A DNA stretch of 32,000 bases from Candidatus Nanoclepta minutus (GTDB lineage Archaea; Nanobdellota; Nanobdellia; Nanobdellales; Nanobdellaceae): positions 30,001 to 62,000 of the forward strand of contig MWMI01000004.1 in assembly GCA_003568775.1 (NCBI GenBank), given 5' to 3'. The notes beneath the pieces were generated by a model. The model saw nothing but the letters and a program-made list of their open reading frames with translations, was not told where the DNA came from and did no database searches. Shown here piece after piece: positions 16,158-24,930 of this stretch. The position numbers and the translations under genes were made by a program. The stretch's first letter is position 1, and each line of letters starts with the position of its first letter.

Positions 16158-16441
16158 CTAATTTTAAACCTCTTTACATAACCACAGTTCAGGCATTTAT
16201 ATATGACTTTTCCCCTCCTAACTCTTATAGATAAAGTCTTTCCAGGTATCCAAACGGTATAACATTTCTTGCAGAATTTATTCCTCAATTCTCTTATTAG
16301 CTTTATATTTGCCTTCCTCTTTATCTCTAAGAGGATCTTAATATACCTTCTAGAAAGATCCGGATCTTTATCAAAAACTTCTAGCGATTTTTTATACAAA
16401 TATTTTATCCTTTTAATTGCTATCTTTCTATTATTTATCAC
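16154..16441 (-). CDS. rnp4: RNase P protein component 4 (Rpp21/Rpr2 family)
   Basis: IAIKRIKYLYKKSLEVF...DLSRRYIKILLEIKRKANIKL...FCKKCYTVWIPGKTLSIRVRRGKVIYKCLNCGYVKRF is collinear with Pyrococcus Rpp21 (helical N-terminus plus CxxC...CxxC zinc ribbon), recalled from memory. Confidence 0.8.
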   Translation of the reverse strand: MINNRKIAIKRIKYLYKKSLEVFDKDPDLSRRYIKILLEIKRKANIKLIRELRNKFCKKCYTVWIPGKTLSIRVRRGKVIYKCLNCGYVKRFKIR

Positions 16442-16782
16442 TTTAAATTTATTTCAACCTTCTTACTTTCTTTCTTACTTAAGTTTTCTATTAGTATTAT
16501 TATTTTATCAGAATTCCTATAATCTAGGTTAGGTATCTTTATCTCAACTTCTGCTTTTTTATATTTTTCTATATTTAGGATAATCGGAATGTTTAAATTA
16601 TAATACATTCTAAATCTCAAATTTGTTAATTGATCTTCAATCTTTATCTCTTCTGTACTAATTCTAAAGTTCCTTAAAAATGGAGAATGATTTTTTATTG
16701 TTATTATAACCTTTTTTGAATATTTTTGATCTATTAAAGGTTCAACAATGTATCCAACCTCCCACCTATCCTCTACCTCCAT
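16438..16782 (-). CDS. Hypothetical beta-rich protein
   Basis: 114-aa ORF wedged between pth2 (17-nt overlap) and rpp21 (ATGA overlap). No family recognised. Confidence 0.5.
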   Translation of the reverse strand: MEVEDRWEVGYIVEPLIDQKYSKKVIITIKNHSPFLRNFRISTEEIKIEDQLTNLRFRMYYNLNIPIILNIEKYKKAEVEIKIPNLDYRNSDKIIILIENLSKKESKKVEINLK

Positions 16783-17125
16783 AATAGAGTCTTAGATTTC
16801 CAGTTATTTTATCTATTTTTGTCTCCTCATCAGGACCAATCCCAACACATGTAATAGTCCCTGGAGGGATTTCAGTTAATCCTGCATCTTTAATTAAAAC
16901 GCATGTTAAATTATTTTCCTTTGCCATTTTATATATATTTAAGAGTTCTTCTTCATTCTTTACTTTCAATAAAACCTTTTTAGCACCTTCTTCCCTCCAT
17001 TTTTTTAGTATTTCTGGATCAGCAGATAAGGCTGCCTCAAGAGATGCATGAGCAACTTGTATACATAGTTTTCCGCAAGAAATGGTAAGATCCTCCCTTA
17101 AAACTATTACTTGCTTGTATTTCAT
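16766..17125 (-). CDS. pth2: Peptidyl-tRNA hydrolase, archaeal Pth2 type
   Basis: KQVIVLREDL...GKLCIQVAHASLEA...KKVLLKV...DAGLTEIPPGTITCVGIGP. Confidence 0.9.
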   Translation of the reverse strand: MKYKQVIVLREDLTISCGKLCIQVAHASLEAALSADPEILKKWREEGAKKVLLKVKNEEELLNIYKMAKENNLTCVLIKDAGLTEIPPGTITCVGIGPDEETKIDKITGNLRLYYGGRG

Positions 17126-17505
17126 AAAAGTTTCTTTATTTTTTCCATTAAAAGGCTATATCTTATTTCCATTTCTTTTCTTCTTTTATATTCATCCTCA
17201 TACATCTTTGAGATATTCTTAATATCGTTTTCTAATCTAGATATAATGTTCTTTATATTTTCTATCTCCCCATCTATACCTAAAAACCTATCCTTAGTAA
17301 TCTCCTCTCTTCTCTTGTTAAAATTTTCTATTTCTTCTATTTTTCCATCAATAGATTTTATTTTACTATCTATAACGTTAATTCTTTCTTTTAATTCCCT
17401 TATTTCCTTTGAAAGTTCATCTATTTTTGAGATAAGGTTCTCCACATATTTCTTTAAACCATCAATATTTAACAACTCTTCTATAACTTTCTCATATGGT
17501 TCCAT
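17122..17505 (-). CDS. Hypothetical coiled-coil protein
   Basis: 127 aa with a Lys/Glu/Ile heptad-like pattern throughout. ATGA overlap with pth2. Confidence 0.55.
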   Translation of the reverse strand: MEPYEKVIEELLNIDGLKKYVENLISKIDELSKEIRELKERINVIDSKIKSIDGKIEEIENFNKRREEITKDRFLGIDGEIENIKNIISRLENDIKNISKMYEDEYKRRKEMEIRYSLLMEKIKKLL

Positions 17506-17534
17506 TATAAATAGTAATACATTAGTCTTTATAT

Positions 17535-18041
17535 ATGATCGGAAGACTGCATTTCTCTACATCCTTACTGCTGTCTTACCTAATATATGGCTTTTTAGGG
17601 TTTGATAAGGTTTCATCGATAGTTCTATCTATAATTACTGCAAGTATATCTTCCTTACCAGATTTCGATTATAAAATCTTCTCATGGGCAAATAAAAAGA
17701 AAATTCTATTTGAAAAAACAGGATTGAAATATATTTTATTTCCTATATATTTACTAATCTTACTCTTAATTAAATTATTTAGACACAGAGGAATTACACA
17801 TTCTATTTTTCCAATAATTATATTCTTTTATCTTTCTATATTCTTTAGACCCTTCCTAATATTATCAATCTCTTTCTTATTGCATTCCATTGAAGATTCC
17901 TTTACCGTTAGTGGTATATATCCCCTCTATCCAGTAAGAGACATTCAATTGAAGATACCAATACTAAGCAATAAGCAGAGGAGACTTCAAAGTATCCTAT
18001 CGTATCTCTTTATATTCATTTTCTTCTTATTGATCCTATGA
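17535..18041 (+). CDS. Membrane-bound metal-dependent hydrolase, YdjM/DUF457-like
   Basis: Multi-pass hydrophobic protein with RHRGITHS and LLHSIEDSFTVSGIYPLYP motifs typical of DUF457. Confidence 0.55.
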   Translation: MIGRLHFSTSLLLSYLIYGFLGFDKVSSIVLSIITASISSLPDFDYKIFSWANKKKILFEKTGLKYILFPIYLLILLLIKLFRHRGITHSIFPIIIFFYLSIFFRPFLILSISFLLHSIEDSFTVSGIYPLYPVRDIQLKIPILSNKQRRLQSILSYLFIFIFFLLIL

Positions 18042-18568
18042 GAGTTTTTATTGCAATCGATATACCGGAGGAATTAAAGGACAATATATATAATGAAATT
18101 AAGAAAATAAGGGGGGTTAAAGGAAAGTTCGTAGAAAAAGAAAACTTACACATAACCCTAAAGTTCTTAGGAGAACTACAACCAAATATCGTAGAAAAAA
18201 TAAAGAATGACTTAGAGATAATAAAGTTCCAGAAATTTAAAATAGAAATATATGGGCTTGGTAATTTCAATAATAGAGTCCTATGGTTTGGGATAAAAAG
18301 AGGGGCTGAAAGAATAATTGAACTAAAAAATCAGATAGATGATATACTAAGAAAATATAATCTTCCACCTGATAGGGATTTCCATCCACATATAACTATA
18401 TTAAGGATAAAGGAAATCCTTTCAAGACAAGATTACCAAAATACCCTAGAAAAACTCAGAAACGTTGAAGTTGGAAGGTTTATTGCAGAAGGCTTCTCCC
18501 TAAAGCAAAGTATATTAAGGAGAGAAGGCCCACTATACTTGAATATAAAAGAATACAAATTCATATAA
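18038..18568 (+). CDS. thpR: RNA 2',3'-cyclic phosphodiesterase (2H phosphoesterase, ThpR/LigT family)
   Basis: MRVFIAIDIP plus two HxTx motifs (NLHITLKFLG and HPHITILR). Confidence 0.85.
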   Translation: MRVFIAIDIPEELKDNIYNEIKKIRGVKGKFVEKENLHITLKFLGELQPNIVEKIKNDLEIIKFQKFKIEIYGLGNFNNRVLWFGIKRGAERIIELKNQIDDILRKYNLPPDRDFHPHITILRIKEILSRQDYQNTLEKLRNVEVGRFIAEGFSLKQSILRREGPLYLNIKEYKFI

Positions 18569-18603
18569 TCACTTTTTAAGTTTATCATAAAACATAATGG
18601 TAA

Positions 18604-18807
18604 ATGGGTGCAGGTGACCTACTACCTGAAGTAAAAGCCAGGTTATTTAATAATATATTTATATGTAGGAGATGTAAGGCTAGGATCAGAGCCGATCCTA
18701 CTAAAGTAAGGGAAGGTAAAGTTAGGTGCAGGAGATGTGGATCAAAAAATTTGAGACCAAAGAAACAAGTGATATCTTTAGTGGGAGGCAGTAGTGGAGG
18801 CAAATGA
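18604..18807 (+). CDS. rpl40e: 50S ribosomal protein L40e (eL40)
   Basis: PEVKARLFNNIFICRRCKARI...VRCRRCGSKNLRPKK zinc ribbon. A short Gly/Ser tail overlaps the next gene (ATGA). Confidence 0.85.
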   Translation: MGAGDLLPEVKARLFNNIFICRRCKARIRADPTKVREGKVRCRRCGSKNLRPKKQVISLVGGSSGGK

Positions 18808-19865
18808 ACCTAAACTCAATTTTTCTTTTAATTTATGTCTTCTTCCTATCCTTAACATTCTATATATTAAAGAAGTTTGGAAAAAATGTAGAGTATAACA
18901 TACTCTATAGTATATTTAGGATAGGTGATAGGATAGGTTTCTTAGAAAAAATCAGTAAGAGCTTTCTATCAAAGATCTTGGAAATTTTAGCCATACCTAC
19001 AGGATTTTTAGCAATGTTTTTTTCGATATACTTTATATTATATGGAATTAAGGCAAAGATACCAACAATAGTTCCAGTAATCCCAGGAATTGAGATATAT
19101 GGAATCCGATTCCCTTTTATAGAAATAATAATAGCAATATTCCTATCTGCCTTGGTCCATGAACTCTCACATGCCCTCCTAGTCCTAAAGAATAAGCTCA
19201 AAATAAAGTCATATGGAATATTCTTCTTAGGTCCCTTTTTAGGTGCATTCGTAGAACCTTCTGAAGATGTATATAGGATAGACAAGATAAAGCAGATAGC
19301 AATATTTCATGCCGGCATATTAGCAAACCTGTTATTAGCAGTTTTAGTTATCTTGATAGGAAACCTCTTTCATTTCTATTTAGTAAATTCGGGAAACATT
19401 CAAGTTATAATAGTAGGAAAGGTTCCAAATACTACTGTAGAAAACATTAGTGGTGAGAGACTTCTATACATTAACCAGTTTAAAATAAATAGCTTATCCG
19501 ATATAGAAAAGGCTTTAATGAATTATAGGCCAGGGGATACCATTGAATTGATTACAAATGTCTCTAATTATAGAATAAAATTATCTAACAATAATGGAAA
19601 GCCTTTTATGGGTCTCTATTTTACTGAAGAAATAAACAATAAATCATACAGATTTATAGTTAATTTACTGTTTTGGATTATGATGATCAGCTTGGGAATA
19701 GGATTGGGAAACGCTCTACCGATCTTTATTTTAGATGGAGGTCAGTCTATGAAAGCCCTTCTAGAGATTATATTTAAAAATGAGGAAGTTGCCAATAAGC
19801 TCTATATCCTCATAAGTTGTCTGGTTATAGCTCTAATAATAGTTAACTTCATTGTTGTATTATGA
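18804..19865 (+). CDS. Site-2 protease family (M50) intramembrane metalloprotease with a PDZ-like insert
   Basis: HELSHAL (HExxH) in a transmembrane helix, a later GNALPIFILDGG (NxxPxxxLDG) motif, and multiple transmembrane segments. Confidence 0.85.
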   Translation: MNLNSIFLLIYVFFLSLTFYILKKFGKNVEYNILYSIFRIGDRIGFLEKISKSFLSKILEILAIPTGFLAMFFSIYFILYGIKAKIPTIVPVIPGIEIYGIRFPFIEIIIAIFLSALVHELSHALLVLKNKLKIKSYGIFFLGPFLGAFVEPSEDVYRIDKIKQIAIFHAGILANLLLAVLVILIGNLFHFYLVNSGNIQVIIVGKVPNTTVENISGERLLYINQFKINSLSDIEKALMNYRPGDTIELITNVSNYRIKLSNNNGKPFMGLYFTEEINNKSYRFIVNLLFWIMMISLGIGLGNALPIFILDGGQSMKALLEIIFKNEEVANKLYILISCLVIALIIVNFIVVL

Positions 19866-21002
19866 AAAAAGATGTTTAACTAAGATAGTTGCATAGCTTC
19901 CTTTCTTTAACTTGAAATATATTCTTATTGTTGAATCCTTAATTTCGTATTTAAAGTTTGAGACTTCAGCTATTATCGGCCTATTAATGGAATTCAAAGT
20001 TAGGGATGGCTTATCCTTAAAATATAATCTGTCTAGCCTTATTTTTTCTTCCATTAATATTTCCTTATAGACTCTCTTAAAATCATCTTCAATTTTTTCT
20101 ATATTTAGATCATGTCCAACTGCAGGTAATACTTTACCCCTAATCCTATCAATAAAATCCTTATTTTTTGAAATATACAGATCCTCCATTGCAACCTTTA
20201 TCTTGTATAAGTTATCCCCAAATTCCTTTATATAGTTAGAGAGGACCTTATTCCAAATATAGGATTGATATGAATGTAAGAAGAGCTTTAAAAGCCTTTT
20301 ATGAATTACTTTAAAGGCTCTATAATAGTTTCTATCCCTTATAAGATAATTTAAAATACCTAATTCTATATCTAGCCATTTTGGAAAATATTTAATTGCT
20401 TCTTCAAATTTACCCCAGTTTTCACTTAACCATTTTCTAGCATTTCTTGCAGTAAGGTTTTCGTTTTCTGATTGATATGTCAACAGGATTCTTATAGCAT
20501 TTTCCCAGTTTCTATTTATTATTTCTCTACCAATTAAATGGTTAATATACCTTATATTGCCAAACCTTTGATCATCAAAATAGTTATAAAAATACTTAGA
20601 AAATATGTCCAGGTTTTCCTCAAATTTTTCCATCTCTTCATTCTTTACATCTCTTATAGTTATCTCGAACTCATTTTCGACTATATCCGATATCCTTAAA
20701 GGTTCTTCAAAACTTCCGATATATTTTAGCTTCACGTTACCAAAGTTATATTCATACTTAAAATCCTCCAAACCCTTTATCGCTATATATTGTTCTGAAA
20801 CAGTTTTCTTATCCTTCTCTCCAGCAAAAAATATCCTTTTCTTTGATATCCTTAAATTCCTTGCAACAAGCCTTATAGCCCTTATTGTACTTAAGTTCTT
20901 CTTTTTCATTAAAAAATAAGCATATCCTGTTCCAGGAGTCTTAGAATTTAAATCAATTATCTCTCTTACAACAAAATCCTCTGGTCTTTCTTTTATTTTC
21001 AT
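19860..21002 (-). CDS. truD: tRNA pseudouridine synthase TruD/Pus7 family
   Basis: ERPEDFVVREI, GEKDKKTVSEQYIAIKG (catalytic KD) and FDDQRFG motifs. Confidence 0.85.
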   Translation of the reverse strand: MKIKERPEDFVVREIIDLNSKTPGTGYAYFLMKKKNLSTIRAIRLVARNLRISKKRIFFAGEKDKKTVSEQYIAIKGLEDFKYEYNFGNVKLKYIGSFEEPLRISDIVENEFEITIRDVKNEEMEKFEENLDIFSKYFYNYFDDQRFGNIRYINHLIGREIINRNWENAIRILLTYQSENENLTARNARKWLSENWGKFEEAIKYFPKWLDIELGILNYLIRDRNYYRAFKVIHKRLLKLFLHSYQSYIWNKVLSNYIKEFGDNLYKIKVAMEDLYISKNKDFIDRIRGKVLPAVGHDLNIEKIEDDFKRVYKEILMEEKIRLDRLYFKDKPSLTLNSINRPIIAEVSNFKYEIKDSTIRIYFKLKKGSYATILVKHLFS

Positions 21003-22141
21003 ATCTTAAACTCCCAGTTCCACATTTCAGAAGCTAGTTTTCCATCATACATAAACTTATCAAGGTCTATTTTCCTTCTGTTTTCCTGTATATTTCTTAA
21101 GAATTCCCATACCTTCTTTGCAGTATAATCCTTAAGTTCTCCAGTAGTTATTTCTCCTTTTCTATATCCTTCTTCAATTTCCTTTAGCTTTCTATCATCT
21201 TCTTCAAAAAGAACAGATAACCAAAAGAAAGATACATCAATTTCTGGTTTTCCCCCATATTTCTTATGTTCTTCCAAAGTAGCACCACCACCGGAAAAGG
21301 CATACTTCAATATCTTATACCTTACCGTCTCATAATCGTCGTCTATAAATATAGCGGATTTTGGATCCGACGCAGACATCTTTGTATAAGGTCCCTGCAA
21401 TCCCCATACGAACTTTGAGAGTATAGTAATTGCCTTTTTTCTATTGAATTTTTCAGCAATATCCCTTTGTAACCTAAAGTATGGATCCTGATCTATTCCA
21501 CAAGGTATTAATGGATAACTTTCTTCAAAAAATGTTGGGACAATTTGTAATGATATATAGAACGGTAAACCGATTGTTGCTGAATCATCGAATCCAAATA
21601 CCTTTTTAGCTTCATGTATGGATATTTCCCTAGCAACATATATCGCTGGTTTATATAGATGTTTTATATATTCTGAATTTATGAAAATAAAGGTCCTATC
21701 TGGATCTAATCCAACTGATGCAATAGTTCTTGCATCTTCATAAGCATATTGCCTTGTAGCTTCATAATCGTCTGTTTTCTTAGCCCAATACTTTTCCTCA
21801 TCAGGTATCTGTATATATACATTTACCTTAAACTTATCTTGCAACCATTTTACTAAAATAAATGGGATTAAATGTCCTATATGCATCTTGCTTTTAGAAG
21901 GTGCTCTACCCGTATATATGAAGAAACTTTTTCCGTTTTTATATTCCTTTAATAACTCATCAAAACCTCTATGTGCATAAAAGAACCTCCTCCTCAACAA
22001 AACATGTAAATCTCCCGTAATCTCTTTTAATTCGTTTAATAAATTATCATCTATTTCTTTCACACCAAACTCTTCAATTAGTTTCCTGTAATCTTCTTCA
22101 GATTCAATATCAACTTCCCATGGAGTAACCTTTGAGTTCAT
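20999..22141 (-). CDS. trpS: Tryptophanyl-tRNA synthetase (archaeal/eukaryotic type)
   Basis: YTGRAPSKSKMHIGHLIPFILVKWLQDKF...IQIPDEEKY and KMSASDPKSAIF (KMSAS). 380 aa. Confidence 0.9.
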   Translation of the reverse strand: MNSKVTPWEVDIESEEDYRKLIEEFGVKEIDDNLLNELKEITGDLHVLLRRRFFYAHRGFDELLKEYKNGKSFFIYTGRAPSKSKMHIGHLIPFILVKWLQDKFKVNVYIQIPDEEKYWAKKTDDYEATRQYAYEDARTIASVGLDPDRTFIFINSEYIKHLYKPAIYVAREISIHEAKKVFGFDDSATIGLPFYISLQIVPTFFEESYPLIPCGIDQDPYFRLQRDIAEKFNRKKAITILSKFVWGLQGPYTKMSASDPKSAIFIDDDYETVRYKILKYAFSGGGATLEEHKKYGGKPEIDVSFFWLSVLFEEDDRKLKEIEEGYRKGEITTGELKDYTAKKVWEFLRNIQENRRKIDLDKFMYDGKLASEMWNWEFKI

Positions 22142-22154
22142 AGGATTTCTTAAG

Positions 22155-22162
22155 TATATAAA
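22155..22162 (+). promoter_or_regulatory. Candidate TATA box for tRNA-Ser
   Basis: tatataaa starts 24 nt upstream of tRNA position 1. The AT-rich context makes the assignment ambiguous. Confidence 0.3.
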
Positions 22163-22178
22163 GAATAATAATATTTAT

Positions 22179-22263
22179 GCCGCGGTGCCCGAGTGGACCA
22201 AGGGGTCTGGCTCGAGACCAGATCCCCGATAAGGGGACCGGGGTTCGAATCCCCGCCGCGGCG
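22179..22263 (+). tRNA. tRNA-Ser (anticodon CGA), class II with long variable arm, no intron, no encoded CCA
   Basis: Hand-folded cloverleaf. Acceptor GCCGCGG/CCGCGGC. Anticodon stem TCTGG/CCAGA with loop CTCGAGA. Variable arm CCCC-GATAA-GGGG. T arm CGGGG-TTCGAAT-CCCCG. Discriminator G. Confidence 0.92.
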
Positions 22264-22601
22264 TAAGATTAAACCTCTCTATATTTATCTATAAACCTTT
22301 TATAAAATTCCCATTATTCATTTGTTAACAAATAGAATTCGAATGGAGAATTAAAGAATTCTTTTATTAATATTCCGAAAACTTCTAATTTTTTATCCCT
22401 ATTTTTAAATTCTTCAGATACTATTGCGATGCCTATATTAGACTAAATAATAGTAACAGATATATAAATAAGTCAAATTATCCTTAACTCTAACAGAGTC
22501 GATATAAATAAATGCAGCGAGATCAATAATCAAATAAACATTTACTTTTATTAATGGTTTTTGATAGCTCGAAATTATAAATACTATACTAAATTACAAT
22601 T

Positions 22602-23498
22602 TTAATCTCCTTTCCTTATAGCATAAATATAGCCTATTTTCATATTAGGATTGGATGCAGAAGGGTTGTAAATATTTTTAGGTTTTGTATATTTTACATC
22701 AAAACCGTTATCTTCTAAATAATTATATAACTCTTCATAACCATAATGATATTCGATTTGAATTCTTTTGAACCTTTTTATTATATCTCTATCTTCGCTC
22801 AATATGTTATACTCACATCCTTCACAATCCATCTTTAGTACTGCCTCTTTGATATTAAACATCGAAAGTATTGTTTTTAAGGAATACAAATTTATTAACT
22901 TACCCTTCTCATCTTCACTTTCTTTTAGGTCAGATCCGATATCTGGTATAAAGCTTTCATCTATTCTCATTACTCTATCCTTACCATATCCCGCATTCAA
23001 CGGTATTATTTTATCTGTGCAACCATTTATGTTTATATTTTCGGTTAATAACTTAAAAAAGTAAGGATAAGGCTCTAACGCAATAATCTTTTTGGCTCCC
23101 TCAATACAAAAATAGATAGAAGAATCTCCAATGTTTGCTCCAATGTCGATAACTACTTCATTCCTTGGATTTAAAAATTTGTATTCTTCATTAGCGAAAA
23201 CTGATACTAAATCTCCTTTCCAAGGTTCGATAAACTTTAGTTTGTGTTCTTTAAATATAAGAATAATTTTGTTATTTTCGATATCAATATCCTTAATATT
23301 GGGATATTTAAGTAAAAAAGCATACAAAGATGCCAACTCAGGATTTACTTCACATTTTTTTCCATTACTTCTAAGGATAACCTTTATTTTATAATTTGAT
23401 TTACTACTCAATTTTCTAACTCTATATAAATTATATAATATAAATATCCAATTCCGATAAGCTTTTCTGTAACGAGATATTATATCGATAAACCTCAT
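22602..23498 (-). CDS. FkbM-family SAM-dependent methyltransferase
   Basis: VIDIGANIGDSSIYF...ALEPYPYFFKLL...LKMDCEGCEYNIL pattern of FkbM methyltransferases. Confidence 0.8.
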   Translation of the reverse strand: MRFIDIISRYRKAYRNWIFILYNLYRVRKLSSKSNYKIKVILRSNGKKCEVNPELASLYAFLLKYPNIKDIDIENNKIILIFKEHKLKFIEPWKGDLVSVFANEEYKFLNPRNEVVIDIGANIGDSSIYFCIEGAKKIIALEPYPYFFKLLTENININGCTDKIIPLNAGYGKDRVMRIDESFIPDIGSDLKESEDEKGKLINLYSLKTILSMFNIKEAVLKMDCEGCEYNILSEDRDIIKRFKRIQIEYHYGYEELYNYLEDNGFDVKYTKPKNIYNPSASNPNMKIGYIYAIRKGD

Positions 23499-23770
23499 AT
23501 TTTAATTTATTTTACTCTACAATATTATTAAATATACACTTAATGACTGCGTATTTCATATACCTTAAGCGCTTAACAGATTCGTGATTCAAATAAATTA
23601 AAGAAACATTGAAAAACATAGATAGAGAAATAATTAACAAATTTAAAAACCAAAAAGCTGATATTATATCATAGATATTAAAAAGAAATAGCTAGTTATT
23701 TATCAGACTAAGAATTCAATAATTAACTAAAAAGCAAATTCATTTTAATTATTTTAGATTTTCTATATAA

Positions 23771-24895
23771 CTAAGATAAAAATATCTCTTCAAATTTATC
23801 AACTACCTTTTTGATATCAAACAATTCCCTTGCTCTTTTAGCAACGTATTTTCTCTTTTCAAAATAACCTCTTGGATCTTCCTTCCAAAAGGTATAAATT
23901 TCTAATATTTTATTTGCAAAGGCTTCCGGATTATAACTATTTTTGATCCAACCAAAGTTCTTATCATAAATATTTAATAAATCCCTAAAGGCAACTATAT
24001 TAGATCCTAAAAACGGGGAACCTGAGACTAGGGCTTCTACAACAGCTATTGGAAATCCTTCAAATCTAGAAGGAATAAAAAATAGAGAAGATTTTGATAA
24101 GATTTCTCTTTTGGTATTTTCATCTACAAATCCAAAATATTTAACGTTTTCTGGATATTTGCTTTCTAATAATCTTAGCATTTCTTCATACTTTTTATCT
24201 CCAGAACCTGCAACATAAAACTTTATTTCTTTATTTTTATCCAAAACCTTCTTTATAGCTTCTATTAATACATCAAATCCTTTTTGTTCATGAATCCTAC
24301 CCATAAACGTTAGTATAAACTCTTTATTATCTTTAGGATAAAGATATTCTTTAGAATTAACAAAATTAGGAACTAAATAAACGTTTTTAAAACCTAATTT
24401 TTCATAAAATTCCTTTTGAGCGGAATTTAAAATATGAATATATATTTTATGCTGATATTTTAACATTTTATTTTCCATTAATTTTATAATATGAATTTTA
24501 TATCTCCATTTTCTGTCATTATAATCTAAAAATGTAGTGTGATTTCCTATAATAATTCTATTTGCCTTTTTTGTATATATAGAGAGGATGGGGTGTAAGA
24601 AATAGGAAGTAAAATTAACCAGATAAATATAATCTACATCTTTTAAAAGCATTAAGTCGCATAGACCTCTAAAAACCCTAAAGACTCCATTAGAGAATTT
24701 ATTTGATAATATATATCTAAACTTAATTATTTTTCCTAAATCTTTTGGCTTAATCCTAAACAGATCTCCATAATTACTAGAAATAACCCATACATTATAC
24801 TTCCTATCAACAAGTTCGTTTCCTATCTTTATAACCCAATTCTCAGTACCTGCATATGTTTCTAGCCTAGTAAAAACAAAGAATACTATCTTCAT
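23771..24895 (-). CDS. Glycosyltransferase, GT-B fold (GT4-like)
   Basis: MGRIHEQKGFDVLIEAI...FIPSRFEGFPIAVVEALVSGSPFL (E-x7-E region). Confidence 0.85.
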   Translation of the reverse strand: MKIVFFVFTRLETYAGTENWVIKIGNELVDRKYNVWVISSNYGDLFRIKPKDLGKIIKFRYILSNKFSNGVFRVFRGLCDLMLLKDVDYIYLVNFTSYFLHPILSIYTKKANRIIIGNHTTFLDYNDRKWRYKIHIIKLMENKMLKYQHKIYIHILNSAQKEFYEKLGFKNVYLVPNFVNSKEYLYPKDNKEFILTFMGRIHEQKGFDVLIEAIKKVLDKNKEIKFYVAGSGDKKYEEMLRLLESKYPENVKYFGFVDENTKREILSKSSLFFIPSRFEGFPIAVVEALVSGSPFLGSNIVAFRDLLNIYDKNFGWIKNSYNPEAFANKILEIYTFWKEDPRGYFEKRKYVAKRARELFDIKKVVDKFEEIFLS

Positions 24896-24930
24896 AAAAC
24901 TTTAAAGTTGGATTTAATATTTAATAGTTT

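Noticed and set aside
15992-16234. 80-aa ORF on the + strand (MGVQIYKLII...GRAAKVAGKHPFPFRTRKLS...)
   Set aside because: It is a read-through of the 5S rRNA gene. The Gly/Arg/Ala/Pro-rich middle simply reflects the GC-rich RNA sequence, so it is not a protein gene.
17111-17605. 164-aa plus-strand ORF overlapping the coiled-coil gene and the start of the YdjM-like gene
   Set aside because: It is antisense to the heptad-repeat gene, with a Ser/Phe/Ile/Leu-rich translation. It conflicts with two better-supported genes and with the promoter region at 17506-17534.
22346-22352. TTCGAAT identical to the tRNA-Ser T-loop core, considered as a possible att-type direct repeat
   Set aside because: The match is only 7 nt and is embedded in a palindromic GAATTCGAAT. 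The flanks do not match the tRNA 3' end, so it is insufficient for an integration-site repeat.
22314-22432. 39-codon open frame on the minus strand (SNIGIAIVSEEFKNRDKKLEVFGILIKEFFNSPFEFYLLTNE)
   Set aside because: It has no start codon, it is too short, and no family is recognisable. I mention it only as a possible gene remnant in the island-boundary finding and do not call it as a feature.
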